Assembly (NCBI GenBank): GCA_038227875.1
Contig: JBBRPR010000121.1
Span: 1 to 10,330, forward strand
Source: Planctomycetota bacterium
Lineage (GTDB): Bacteria > Planctomycetota > SZUA-567 > H5-PLA8
Reading direction: 5' to 3'
Length of the DNA stretch: 10,330 nucleotides
Both the position numbers and the translations under genes were made by a program. Shown in pieces: positions 1 through 6,850 of this stretch (positions are counted from its first letter, which is position 1; every line of letters starts with the position of its first letter). Below the pieces are notes generated by a model. It was not told the origin of the DNA. It saw nothing but the letters and a program-made list of their open reading frames with translations, and did not search any database.

Positions 1-145
1 ACGCTTGGAAGAACGACTTTATTTGATTGCTGACGCGCCTCAGCAAGGAGCAATCGAACAGCAGACTGATCCTTGGCACCCCGGCGACTCGGCCGCCGGA
101 GATCGACGAAATGACTGATCTGGATTTTGAGAAAGGGAGCAACCC

Positions 146-1783
146 GTGAGCAAGAAAAGTAAGACCGCCGCGAGCATGCCAAAAAAGCCGGAACACAAGC
201 CGCCCAAAGTGAAAATCCGCCTGCTGCCGACCGGCGTGCGCGGCCTGGATGAAATCCTGGACGGCGGGCTGCCGGAATTCTCCTTCAACATCATCGCCGG
301 CGCTCCGGGTTGCGGCAAGACCACGCTGGTGCATCAGATCATCTTCGCCAACGCGACCCCGCAGAAACCCGCGCTTTATTTCACCGTGCTGGGCGAACCC
401 GCCATCAAGATGCTGCGTTACCAGCAGCAATATACCTTCTTCGATCCGGCCATGCTGGGCAAGGCCATCCGCTTTATCAACCTGAGCGACGTGCTGTTGG
501 AGAAGGATTTGGATGGAGTACTGGAGAAAATTATCAAGGATGTGCAGGCGATCAAACCCAGCTTGGTCGTGGTGGACTCCTTCCGCACCGTGGTGCGCAA
601 AGCGATGGCCAGCAGCGGCGATACGAAACTGCAAGCCTTCATCCAGCGGCTGGCACTGTTCCTGACCAGTTGGGAAGCCACCACGTTTTTGATCGGGGAA
701 TATACCGAGGGGGAACTGCGCGACAATCCCGTCTTCACCGTGGCCGACGGTCTATTCTGGCTGACCCAGAATACACAGCGAAATTCCGTGGTGCGAAAAT
801 TGCAAATCATGAAGCTGCGCGGGCAGGACTCGGTGCCGGGATTGCACACCGTCCGCATCAACGATGACGGGTTGCAAGCCTTCTCGCGCACTCTGGGTCT
901 GGCGGGCCCGAAAAAAGATAGACCACTCAATCCGCGGCGTCTTTCCACCGGTATTTCGGAACTGGATAAGATGATGAACGGGGGCATTCTGGAAGGCGAC
1001 AGCGTGCTGATCTCAGGCCCTTCGGGCACGGGAAAATCGGCGCTGGCCACCCAATTTCTCGCCGATGGCCTGCGCCACGGAGAAGCAGGCATCGCGGCGA
1101 TCTTCGAGGAACGCCCTCGCGGCTACGTGGCCCGGGCCAGGAATTTTGGCCTGGACTTTGAGACGCCGCAAAAAAACGGCATGCTCGAAATACTTTACCT
1201 GCGTCCGCTGGATCTCTCGGTGGATGAGACGATGCAGGAAATCCTCGATGCGGTGAAAAGGCTCAACGCCAAGCGGCTGGTGATCGATTCGCTGGTGGGC
1301 TTTGAGATGGCGCTGGCCCCCGATTTCCGCGACGACTTTCGTGAGTCGCTCTACCGCATGGTCGCGGCGCTGACCGGAGCGGGGGTGACGATCTGCACCA
1401 CGGTCGAGATCGAGGACACCTTTACCGCGATGCAGTTCAGTCACTACGCGATTTCGTTTCTGACCGATGACATTATCCGGCTGCGTTATGTGGAGATTGA
1501 CGGCCAGTTGCGCAAAGTCTTGGCGGTGATCAAAATGCGCGGCGGCAACCACAGCAAGGATCTCCGCGAATATGTGATCAACGACTCAGGCATGACCGTG
1601 ATCGGCCCGCGCCAGACGGATTACGCGCGCCTGATCAGCGGGCTGCCGGATCGCATCGGCCTGGTGCCGCCCGAGCTGCCGCCGGAGCCGAAAGAGAGAT
1701 TTAACCCGGATCTGGGATGGAACCCGGAGCCGAAAGGGAACCCGAAGCCGAACTTGAAACCGGCGCCGAAAAAGAAACGGTAA
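146..1783 (+). CDS. kaiC: KaiC-like (RAD55/KaiC family) tandem-domain ATPase
   Basis: Two RecA-type domains. Walker A: GAPGCGKT and GPSGTGKS. Walker B: VVVDS and LVIDS. Domain starts PTGVRGLDEIL and STGISELDKMM; arginine-finger motifs MKLRG and IKMRG. SD GGGAG shortly before GTG 146 (alternative ATG at 176). KaiC-like, not necessarily a clock protein. Confidence 0.9.
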   Translation: MSKKSKTAASMPKKPEHKPPKVKIRLLPTGVRGLDEILDGGLPEFSFNIIAGAPGCGKTTLVHQIIFANATPQKPALYFTVLGEPAIKMLRYQQQYTFFDPAMLGKAIRFINLSDVLLEKDLDGVLEKIIKDVQAIKPSLVVVDSFRTVVRKAMASSGDTKLQAFIQRLALFLTSWEATTFLIGEYTEGELRDNPVFTVADGLFWLTQNTQRNSVVRKLQIMKLRGQDSVPGLHTVRINDDGLQAFSRTLGLAGPKKDRPLNPRRLSTGISELDKMMNGGILEGDSVLISGPSGTGKSALATQFLADGLRHGEAGIAAIFEERPRGYVARARNFGLDFETPQKNGMLEILYLRPLDLSVDETMQEILDAVKRLNAKRLVIDSLVGFEMALAPDFRDDFRESLYRMVAALTGAGVTICTTVEIEDTFTAMQFSHYAISFLTDDIIRLRYVEIDGQLRKVLAVIKMRGGNHSKDLREYVINDSGMTVIGPRQTDYARLISGLPDRIGLVPPELPPEPKERFNPDLGWNPEPKGNPKPNLKPAPKKKR

Positions 1784-1797
1784 CGCGGGCACCGTGC

Positions 1798-1883
1798 CGT
1801 GCCGTTCCTTGCCCCAAAGGGGCAATGTAACAAAGTTACGGTGTTCGTGCCGTGCCTTGCCCCAAAGGGGCAATGTAACAAAG
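1798..1883. repeat. Direct repeat, two 38-bp copies (1798-1835 and 1846-1883), each with a TTGCCCC-AAA-GGGGCAA hairpin
   Basis: cgtgccgt(t/g)ccttgccccaaaggggcaatgtaacaaag, 37/38 identical, 48-bp period. Confidence 0.95.
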
Positions 1884-1954
1884 CCCAGGGTTGCGCCCGC
1901 AGGCGCTACCCTGGGTAACGAAACGCCAGATGCGAAACAACCCCGAAGGGGTTG
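1857..1954. repeat. REP-like three-hairpin intergenic element
   Basis: Hairpins TTGCCCC-aaa-GGGGCAA (1857-1873), CCCAGGGT-t-GCGCC-cgca-GGCGC-t-ACCCTGGG (1884-1915) and CAACCCC-gaa-GGGGTTG (1938-1954). The layout resembles palindromic repeats associated with Y1/RAYT-type transposases (inference). Confidence 0.7.
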
Positions 1955-1990
1955 CGGCGGGACGGCGACGAACGGAAGATGAACGGAGCT

Positions 1991-2151
1991 TTATGGATAC
2001 AGAACGCACACCCGGCAATAAAGATCCCGCGCCGGAACCAAAGATTTCAATAAAAATAATTCCAACCGGAATTATGCCATGCAGCCGGCACTTGGAGTAA
2101 GTGGTTATGGATACAGAACGCGCACCCGGCAATAAAGACACCGCGCCGGAA
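1991..2151 (+). repeat. 47-bp direct repeat (1991-2037 and 2105-2151) duplicating the start of the kinase gene
   Basis: ttatggatacagaacgc(a/g)cacccggcaataaaga(tc/ca)ccgcgccggaa, 44/47 identical, offset 114 bp (in frame). Both copies are preceded by GGAG. Confidence 0.95.
1993..2100 (+). pseudogene. 35-aa mini-ORF, probable 5' remnant of a kaiC-like paralog
   Basis: MDTERTPGNKDPAPEPKISIKIIPTGIMPCSRHLE*. PKISIKIIPTGI aligns with PKVKIRLLPTGV at the N-terminus of the upstream KaiC-like protein. GGAG at 1985-1988. Confidence 0.55.
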
Positions 2152-3798
2152 ATTCGAAGTTACTCCGCGCCGATCATCGAGCGCGCGCCGCTGCCCATCG
2201 TCGAGGTGCAGGGGAATAACCACATCGTTTCATTTGTGAATTCAGCTTTTTGCAAACTGATGGGGAAAACCAGGGCGGAATTGATCGCCAAGCCCTTCGC
2301 CGACATCGTGCCGGGCGGTGGCCACTGCGTTCCGATCCTGGATAAAGTTTACGAAACCGGCGAGGCCGTCACTCATGCGCGTGAGGACGATTCCGAACCC
2401 AGCCCTGCGTACTGGCTGTATGCGATGTGGCCGGCGCTGGATGCGGATGAACGCCCGGCGGGCGTGATCATCCAATTGACCAAGGCGGTCGAATTTCGGC
2501 AGAACGTCGCGGCAATGAACCAGGCCTTGCTGCTTGCCGGGTTGCGCCAGCATGAATCCCTTGAAGCGCTTCAGAAGATGACTGCCGAACTGGAAGCGGA
2601 AATCATCGAACGCAAACGCGTCGAGGAAGCATTGCGCGACAGCGCGCAGCGCCTGGCGGAGACGGATCGCCAGAAGGATGTCTTCATGGCGATCCTGGCG
2701 CATGAACTGCGCAATCCCCTCGCGCCGATCAAAAGCTCGGCGCAGATCTTGCGCCTGGCCAATATCGACAACCCCACGGTGATCCGGGCGCAGGCGGTGA
2801 TCGAGCGCCAGGCCAACCATATGGCGCGGCTGGTTGACGACCTGCTGGATGTTTCACGCCTGCAGAATGGCAAGGTGCGGCTGCAGAAAGAAGCCGTGAA
2901 TCTGGCCGATGCGGTCGCCAATGCCCTTGAGACCTGCAATCATCTCATTTCTTCACGCCATCATCAGGTGATCTTGAACGTGCAGAACGAGCCGCCGGTC
3001 TTTGTCGATGCCGACCCCGCCCGGCTGGAGCAGATCGTCGCCAACATCGTCGGCAACGCCGCCAAATACACGCCGTCTCACGGCAGGATTGAAGTGATCG
3101 CCGCCGCGGAAGAAGACGATGCCGTCCTGCGCGTGAAAGACAACGGCGCCGGCATCGAAGCCAGCATGCTGGGCCGGATTTTCAACGTGTACACGCAGGT
3201 CGAGCAGTCGCTGGACCGCAGCCAGGGCGGGCTGGGCCTGGGACTGAAGCTGGTCAAGGAGCTTGTTCAACTGCACGGCGGATCGGTGGAAGTGAAAAGC
3301 GAAGGGCTGGGGATGGGCAGCGAATTCATCGTCAGGTTGCCACGCTTGCAGAAAGCGTTTTCCAGCGTGCGCGCGGCGAAGATGATACCGGGCAAGAGCA
3401 CGGTCAACCGCAAGGTTCTGGTCGTCGAAGACAGCACCGACATCCTCGACACGATGCAAATGCTGCTGACGATGAACGGCCACACGGTTGAACAGGCCGT
3501 GGATGGACCCGAAGGAATCGCCAAGGCGTTCTTGACCGCCCCCGACGTGGCGTTGATCGACATCGGACTGCCGATCCTGAATGGCTACGAAGTCGCGCGC
3601 GAAATCCGCTCCAAGCCCGGTGGCGACAAGATCGTGCTGGTCGCGCTGAGCGGCTATGGCCAGGGCGAAGACAAGCGCGCCGCGGCCGAAGCCGGCTTCG
3701 ACCACCATCTGACAAAACCCGTCGACGCGGAAGAATTGATCTTGTTATTAAACGATCTGGAACGGTTCGTCCTGCGCAAAAAGTTCGTTTCAGCGTAA
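2107..3798 (+). CDS. Hybrid sensor histidine kinase (PAS-HisKA-HATPase_c-REC)
   Basis: PAS-like N-terminus (IVSFVNSAFCKLMG), H-box LAHELRNPLAPI, N-box NIVGNAAKYT, G1 VKDNGAGI, G2 GGLGLGL, receiver VLVVEDS...LIDIGLP...LTKP. ATG 2107 is preferred over GTG 2101 because SD GGAG (2094-2097) is 9 nt from the ATG. Confidence 0.95.
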   Translation: MDTERAPGNKDTAPEIRSYSAPIIERAPLPIVEVQGNNHIVSFVNSAFCKLMGKTRAELIAKPFADIVPGGGHCVPILDKVYETGEAVTHAREDDSEPSPAYWLYAMWPALDADERPAGVIIQLTKAVEFRQNVAAMNQALLLAGLRQHESLEALQKMTAELEAEIIERKRVEEALRDSAQRLAETDRQKDVFMAILAHELRNPLAPIKSSAQILRLANIDNPTVIRAQAVIERQANHMARLVDDLLDVSRLQNGKVRLQKEAVNLADAVANALETCNHLISSRHHQVILNVQNEPPVFVDADPARLEQIVANIVGNAAKYTPSHGRIEVIAAAEEDDAVLRVKDNGAGIEASMLGRIFNVYTQVEQSLDRSQGGLGLGLKLVKELVQLHGGSVEVKSEGLGMGSEFIVRLPRLQKAFSSVRAAKMIPGKSTVNRKVLVVEDSTDILDTMQMLLTMNGHTVEQAVDGPEGIAKAFLTAPDVALIDIGLPILNGYEVAREIRSKPGGDKIVLVALSGYGQGEDKRAAAEAGFDHHLTKPVDAEELILLLNDLERFVLRKKFVSA

Positions 3799-3861
3799 AC
3801 GGTTGGCAGTGTAGCGGCCTGCTTCCGAAATCCTGTTGATCGGCGCGTTGAAAAGCCGGCT
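3790..3861 (-). pseudogene. Short remnant of a paralog of the adjacent DDE transposase
   Basis: 3814-3861 encodes SRLFNAPINRISEAGR versus SRLFSAPINRISEAGR at 4857-4904: 15/16 aa identical and 37/48 nt identical, with 8 synonymous changes. Confidence 0.8.
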
Positions 3862-4025
3862 GGTGTCGCGGCCCGACAGACTGTGAGACGGAGAATGGAA
3901 GTCGAAAACGCAGGATATGAATTTTGCACGCAGTGCATGAGGAAGATGAGGACGGAGTATCTCTGCGCGGAGGAAACGAAGAGAGAAAAAGTTTTCAAAG
4001 AGCCGGGCTCTGAAACAGAATTCGC

Positions 4026-5306
4026 TCACGCCACGAGTTCGACGGAATCGACGATTTGGATGGACAGAGTTGGCAAATGGAAATCGCCGTGGAAATGAAT
4101 GCGTTGAACATTGATCGCCGGCTTGATTGCGCTGCGTTCGAGCATCGGCTTCGGGTGCGGCAGCACGACGCCGGACCAGACTTCTTCCGGGGTTCGGCCG
4201 CCGTGCAGCCACATCGGTCGTTGGATGTTGTACCAATCGCGGAAGATGTCGAGTTTGCGTTGAATCCAGTCCTTCTTGCGCGCGAAAAGCGTGAGCCGCT
4301 GCCAGAGTTTGAAGGTCCTGAAGAACCGCTCGACCTTTCCGTTGAACTGCTTGGAACGATCCTTCATGCCTTTGACGACTTCGATCTTGAGCGGATTCTT
4401 CTTGAGAGCGCGCTTGAATTTGCCCCGGAACTGGCAGCCATGATCGGTGACCATGAAGCGCGGCGCGCCGAACGACTTCGCGCAGGCCTTGACGAGAGCA
4501 ACCATGTTGCGCGTGGCCGGCGCATCCTTGTAGACTTTGAGGGCCAGCAACTTGCGCGAGAAGCCATCGACAACGGCGGCGACGTAAAAGCGAACGAGAA
4601 TCAAGTCGATGGTGGTGAGGTCAAGGTGCCAGGTTTGGTTGATCCGCTCAGGTCGCAAGATGTGATGAGGCGGAACATCCGTCACGGCAGATTCCTTTTT
4701 TGCAGGCGCGTTCGGCTGCTGGGGCTTCATTTCACGGAGAATGCGCTGGACGGACGAGCGACTGATCTGGCGGCCCATTCGGACGATTTGCATGGCAATG
4801 GTCCGCGTGCCGAAGTCTTTTTCGGGGCACAGTTCTCGAATCTGGTGCACCATCCAACGCCCGGCTTCAGAAATCCTATTGATTGGCGCAGAAAAGAGCC
4901 GGCTCCCTTTCCCGCTCGTGTTCATTTCTTTGATCCAGCCGCGAAGCGTATTGGGATGCACGACGAAACGGACCGCCGTCGTTTCAATGCTCCAGCGGCG
5001 CAAGCGCATGAGTTGAACGATTTCAAAGCGGGCTTCTGGCAAATAGTGCGGCCTGTGTTGCGGCGTATGGCTTTCGATGCGCCCACGCAGAATATCGGCT
5101 TCGCGCTTCGACAATGCCGCGTCCCAGGCGTGCTCATCCCGATCGGCGAAACTGCGTACAATAGGCGAACCACTCGCCGCCGCGCGGGAGCGAACCAACA
5201 TCAGCACGGCGGTCAGGCTGCAAGCGATGGTGTCCAACGTCCGAAGAACGGATGCGGGCCAGGTGGACGGATTGTTGACGCGGACTCCGGAGTCAGGCTT
5301 TGCCAT
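4026..5306 (-). CDS. DDE transposase / integrase core (rve) protein, IS481/IS3-like
   Basis: Catalytic triad contexts QTWHLD, VTDHGCQF and NGKVERFFRTFK; C-terminal WYNIQRP...GGRTPEEVW; N-terminal HTH-like segments (TAVRFVVHPNTLRGW, ISRSSVQRIL). No convincing terminal inverted repeats were found. Confidence 0.9.
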   Translation of the reverse strand: MAKPDSGVRVNNPSTWPASVLRTLDTIACSLTAVLMLVRSRAAASGSPIVRSFADRDEHAWDAALSKREADILRGRIESHTPQHRPHYLPEARFEIVQLMRLRRWSIETTAVRFVVHPNTLRGWIKEMNTSGKGSRLFSAPINRISEAGRWMVHQIRELCPEKDFGTRTIAMQIVRMGRQISRSSVQRILREMKPQQPNAPAKKESAVTDVPPHHILRPERINQTWHLDLTTIDLILVRFYVAAVVDGFSRKLLALKVYKDAPATRNMVALVKACAKSFGAPRFMVTDHGCQFRGKFKRALKKNPLKIEVVKGMKDRSKQFNGKVERFFRTFKLWQRLTLFARKKDWIQRKLDIFRDWYNIQRPMWLHGGRTPEEVWSGVVLPHPKPMLERSAIKPAINVQRIHFHGDFHLPTLSIQIVDSVELVA

Positions 5307-5434
5307 GGAGAACGAAGTTCCTTTTCAATAGTGAAGGTCGGCCATCGTATGTACCTGGCGACTGGCCGCAAGGCGGCGTGAGAGTTCTTTGATTCTTAAA
5401 TAAGCGCGGGCACGGAATCTCGCCTGAAATCGCA

Positions 5435-5463
5435 TTGACTGAAATACGTCAATGGCGTATAGT
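5435..5463 (+). promoter_or_regulatory. Sigma70 promoter of the TA operon with overlapping operator palindromes
   Basis: TTGACT (5435-5440), 17-nt spacer, TATAGT (5458-5463). Palindromes ATACGtCA-a-TGgCGTAT (5444-5460) and CATTGAC-N8-GTCAATG (5433-5454). Confidence 0.85.
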
Positions 5464-5489
5464 CCATTCCAGGATGGGGTTCCAGAGAA

Positions 5490-5813
5490 ATGTCGGACGT
5501 TATACTTGTCGACACACCGGTGTTCTTTGAGGAGATTCATCAATATATCGACTCAAACGACCTCTGGAGTCTGCAAGAGGCATTGATACGGAATCCCGAG
5601 AAGGGCGCGATCGTCAAGGGGAGCGGAGGAATCCGAAAGATGCGCTGGCCATTGCCCGGCAAAGGCAAGAGCGGTGGGCTGCGGATCATTTACCATTGGG
5701 ATTCCACCGACCGGCGGCTGTTCTTTCTGTTTTGCTATCCGAAGTCCAAGCAAGGCGATCTGACTCCGAAGCAGATCAAGGCATTGAGAGAGACTTTGGA
5801 AGCAGACGAATAG
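5490..5813 (+). CDS. higB: Type II toxin, RelE/HigB-2 family
   Basis: Motif NPEKGAIVKGSGGIRKMRW...GKGKSGGLRIIY...YPKSKQGDLT; toxin-first gene order. Confidence 0.88.
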   Translation: MSDVILVDTPVFFEEIHQYIDSNDLWSLQEALIRNPEKGAIVKGSGGIRKMRWPLPGKGKSGGLRIIYHWDSTDRRLFFLFCYPKSKQGDLTPKQIKALRETLEADE

Positions 5814-5825
5814 GAGCTAACTCCG

Positions 5826-6125
5826 ATGAAGAAGAACGACTTCGACAAGCTGCTCCTCAGCGTGCGGCAAATGAAGCAAATCAAGAAGGGCTCGCTTAAG
5901 CCGGCGCGAGAGATCCGTGTTTCTGTTCCAAATGCCAAGCAGATTCGTGAGAAGCTGCACATGTCGCAGACGGAGTTTGCCACGTTGATTCATGTAAGCG
6001 TGGACACGATACAGAACTGGGAGCAGGGGCGCCGTATACCTGACGGGCCTGCCAGGGCACTTTTGCAGGTGGTCGAGAAATGTCCCGAGCAGGTACTTGA
6101 GGCTTTGCATGCAGCAACTCATTGA
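5826..6125 (+). CDS. higA: XRE-family HTH antitoxin (HigA-2/NadS-like)
   Basis: IREKLHMSQTEFATLIHVSVDTIQNWEQGRRIPDGPARALL; SD AGGAG at 5812-5816. Confidence 0.88.
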   Translation: MKKNDFDKLLLSVRQMKQIKKGSLKPAREIRVSVPNAKQIREKLHMSQTEFATLIHVSVDTIQNWEQGRRIPDGPARALLQVVEKCPEQVLEALHAATH

Positions 6126-6155
6126 ACAAATCGCGACGCGACAGGTCGCGCCATT

Positions 6156-6177
6156 CTGTGCCTACGCTGTGCCTACG
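6156..6177. repeat. Tandem 11-bp direct repeat, putative integrase arm-type sites (left arm)
   Basis: CTGTGCCTACG twice, perfect, about 150 bp left of the tRNA fragment. Confidence 0.75.
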
Positions 6178-6254
6178 AGTGGTCTCATTAGGGCGCGATT
6201 TGGCGCGTCCTGTCGCGAAGGCGGATTTTCGGCGGTTCTTCCAACCTCAAAATC

Positions 6255-6290
6255 TGACGTGAGTTGACGCTTGTTGACGCATCCTGTCGC
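6255..6290. repeat. Four TG(A/T)CG motifs at exact 10-bp period, putative Xis/RDF binding sites
   Basis: TGACG at 6255, 6265 and 6275, TGTCG at 6285; located between the left arm repeat and the att core. Confidence 0.65.
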
Positions 6291-6324
6291 TTAAACGCGA
6301 AAATGGCGAAATCGCGGGGGTTCT

Positions 6325-6368
6325 GCTTCCCAAGCCGAAGGTCGCGGGTTCGATGCCCGTCGCCCGCT
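6325..6368 (+). other. att core: 3' half of tRNA-Gly(CCC), not a complete tRNA
   Basis: Anticodon loop TTCCCAA (6327-6333), T-arm GCGGG-TTCGATG-CCCGT (6344-6360), acceptor 3' strand CGCCCGC (6361-6367), discriminator T. No D-arm upstream, and the 5' anticodon stem strand is mismatched. Confidence 0.9.
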
Positions 6369-6439
6369 TCAGTTTTTTCAGTCGATAACACCATGGCGTC
6401 ACAAGCCTTTACGTCAACGGCTTCCGCCCCCACTGCAAC

Positions 6440-6461
6440 CCGTTGCATACCCGCTGCATAC
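6440..6461. repeat. Tandem 11-bp direct repeat, putative integrase arm-type sites (right arm)
   Basis: CCGTTGCATAC CCGCTGCATAC; shares the TGCnTAC core and 11-bp period with 6156-6177. Confidence 0.7.
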
Positions 6462-6850
6462 TTTTCATCGAAAATGACCCGTGCGCCCACGGCTTCGGCG
6501 GTTGCGGCCAGTCGGTGCTTGCCCACGTGGGAATAGACATTCATCGTGATCTTCGGGTCCATGTGACGCAGCAACGTCTGTGCTTCCTTGACATTCGCGC
6601 CCGATTCAATCAGCAATGAACAGTACGTGTGCCGAAGACCGTGAAAGACAAGTGTTCCACCCGGCGCGATTTCTGGAATGCCCGCGGCGTCATAGTCACG
6701 GAAAAAAAGCCGATCGATGTGCTTGTCCACTGTCAGCAGTGGCGCGGCGGCGGGCTTGCCTTCGCTGGCGGTCTTCAACTTCGCGGCCAGCGCGGCCGGA
6801 ATCGGTTGTTGTGAATCCCTTCGGCCTTTCGAGTACTTCGCGGCAAGTTT

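Noticed and set aside
2..149. Possible 3' end of an upstream gene (frame open 2-118, or a short frame ending at 149 with a GTGA overlap on kaiC)
   Set aside because: Too short and no recognisable motif; the real frame cannot be chosen without upstream sequence.
1798..1883. CRISPR array
   Set aside because: Only two repeats, separated by 10 bp, and no cas genes; better explained as a REP-like duplication.
310..3715. Alternative-frame and antisense ORFs within kaiC and the kinase (e.g. 310-867, 418-1092, 2242-2820, 2953-3708)
   Set aside because: They fully overlap well-supported genes, lack motifs, and are expected at this GC content.
3790..4236. 148-aa minus-strand ORF
   Set aside because: An alternative frame of the transposase end running into intergenic DNA; only the last 20 or so codons are meaningful (paralog remnant).
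4056..5381. 441-aa plus-strand ORF covering the transposase
   Set aside because: Codon-in-register antisense shadow of a GC-rich gene, with no recognisable motifs.
3991..5430. Terminal inverted repeats or target duplication for the DDE transposase
   Set aside because: No convincing match was found between the two flanks by eye.
6313..6371. Complete tRNA-Gly gene
   Set aside because: GCGGGGG at 6314-6320 could partly pair with the acceptor strand, but there is no D-arm, the length is too short and the anticodon stem is mismatched; treated as an att fragment.
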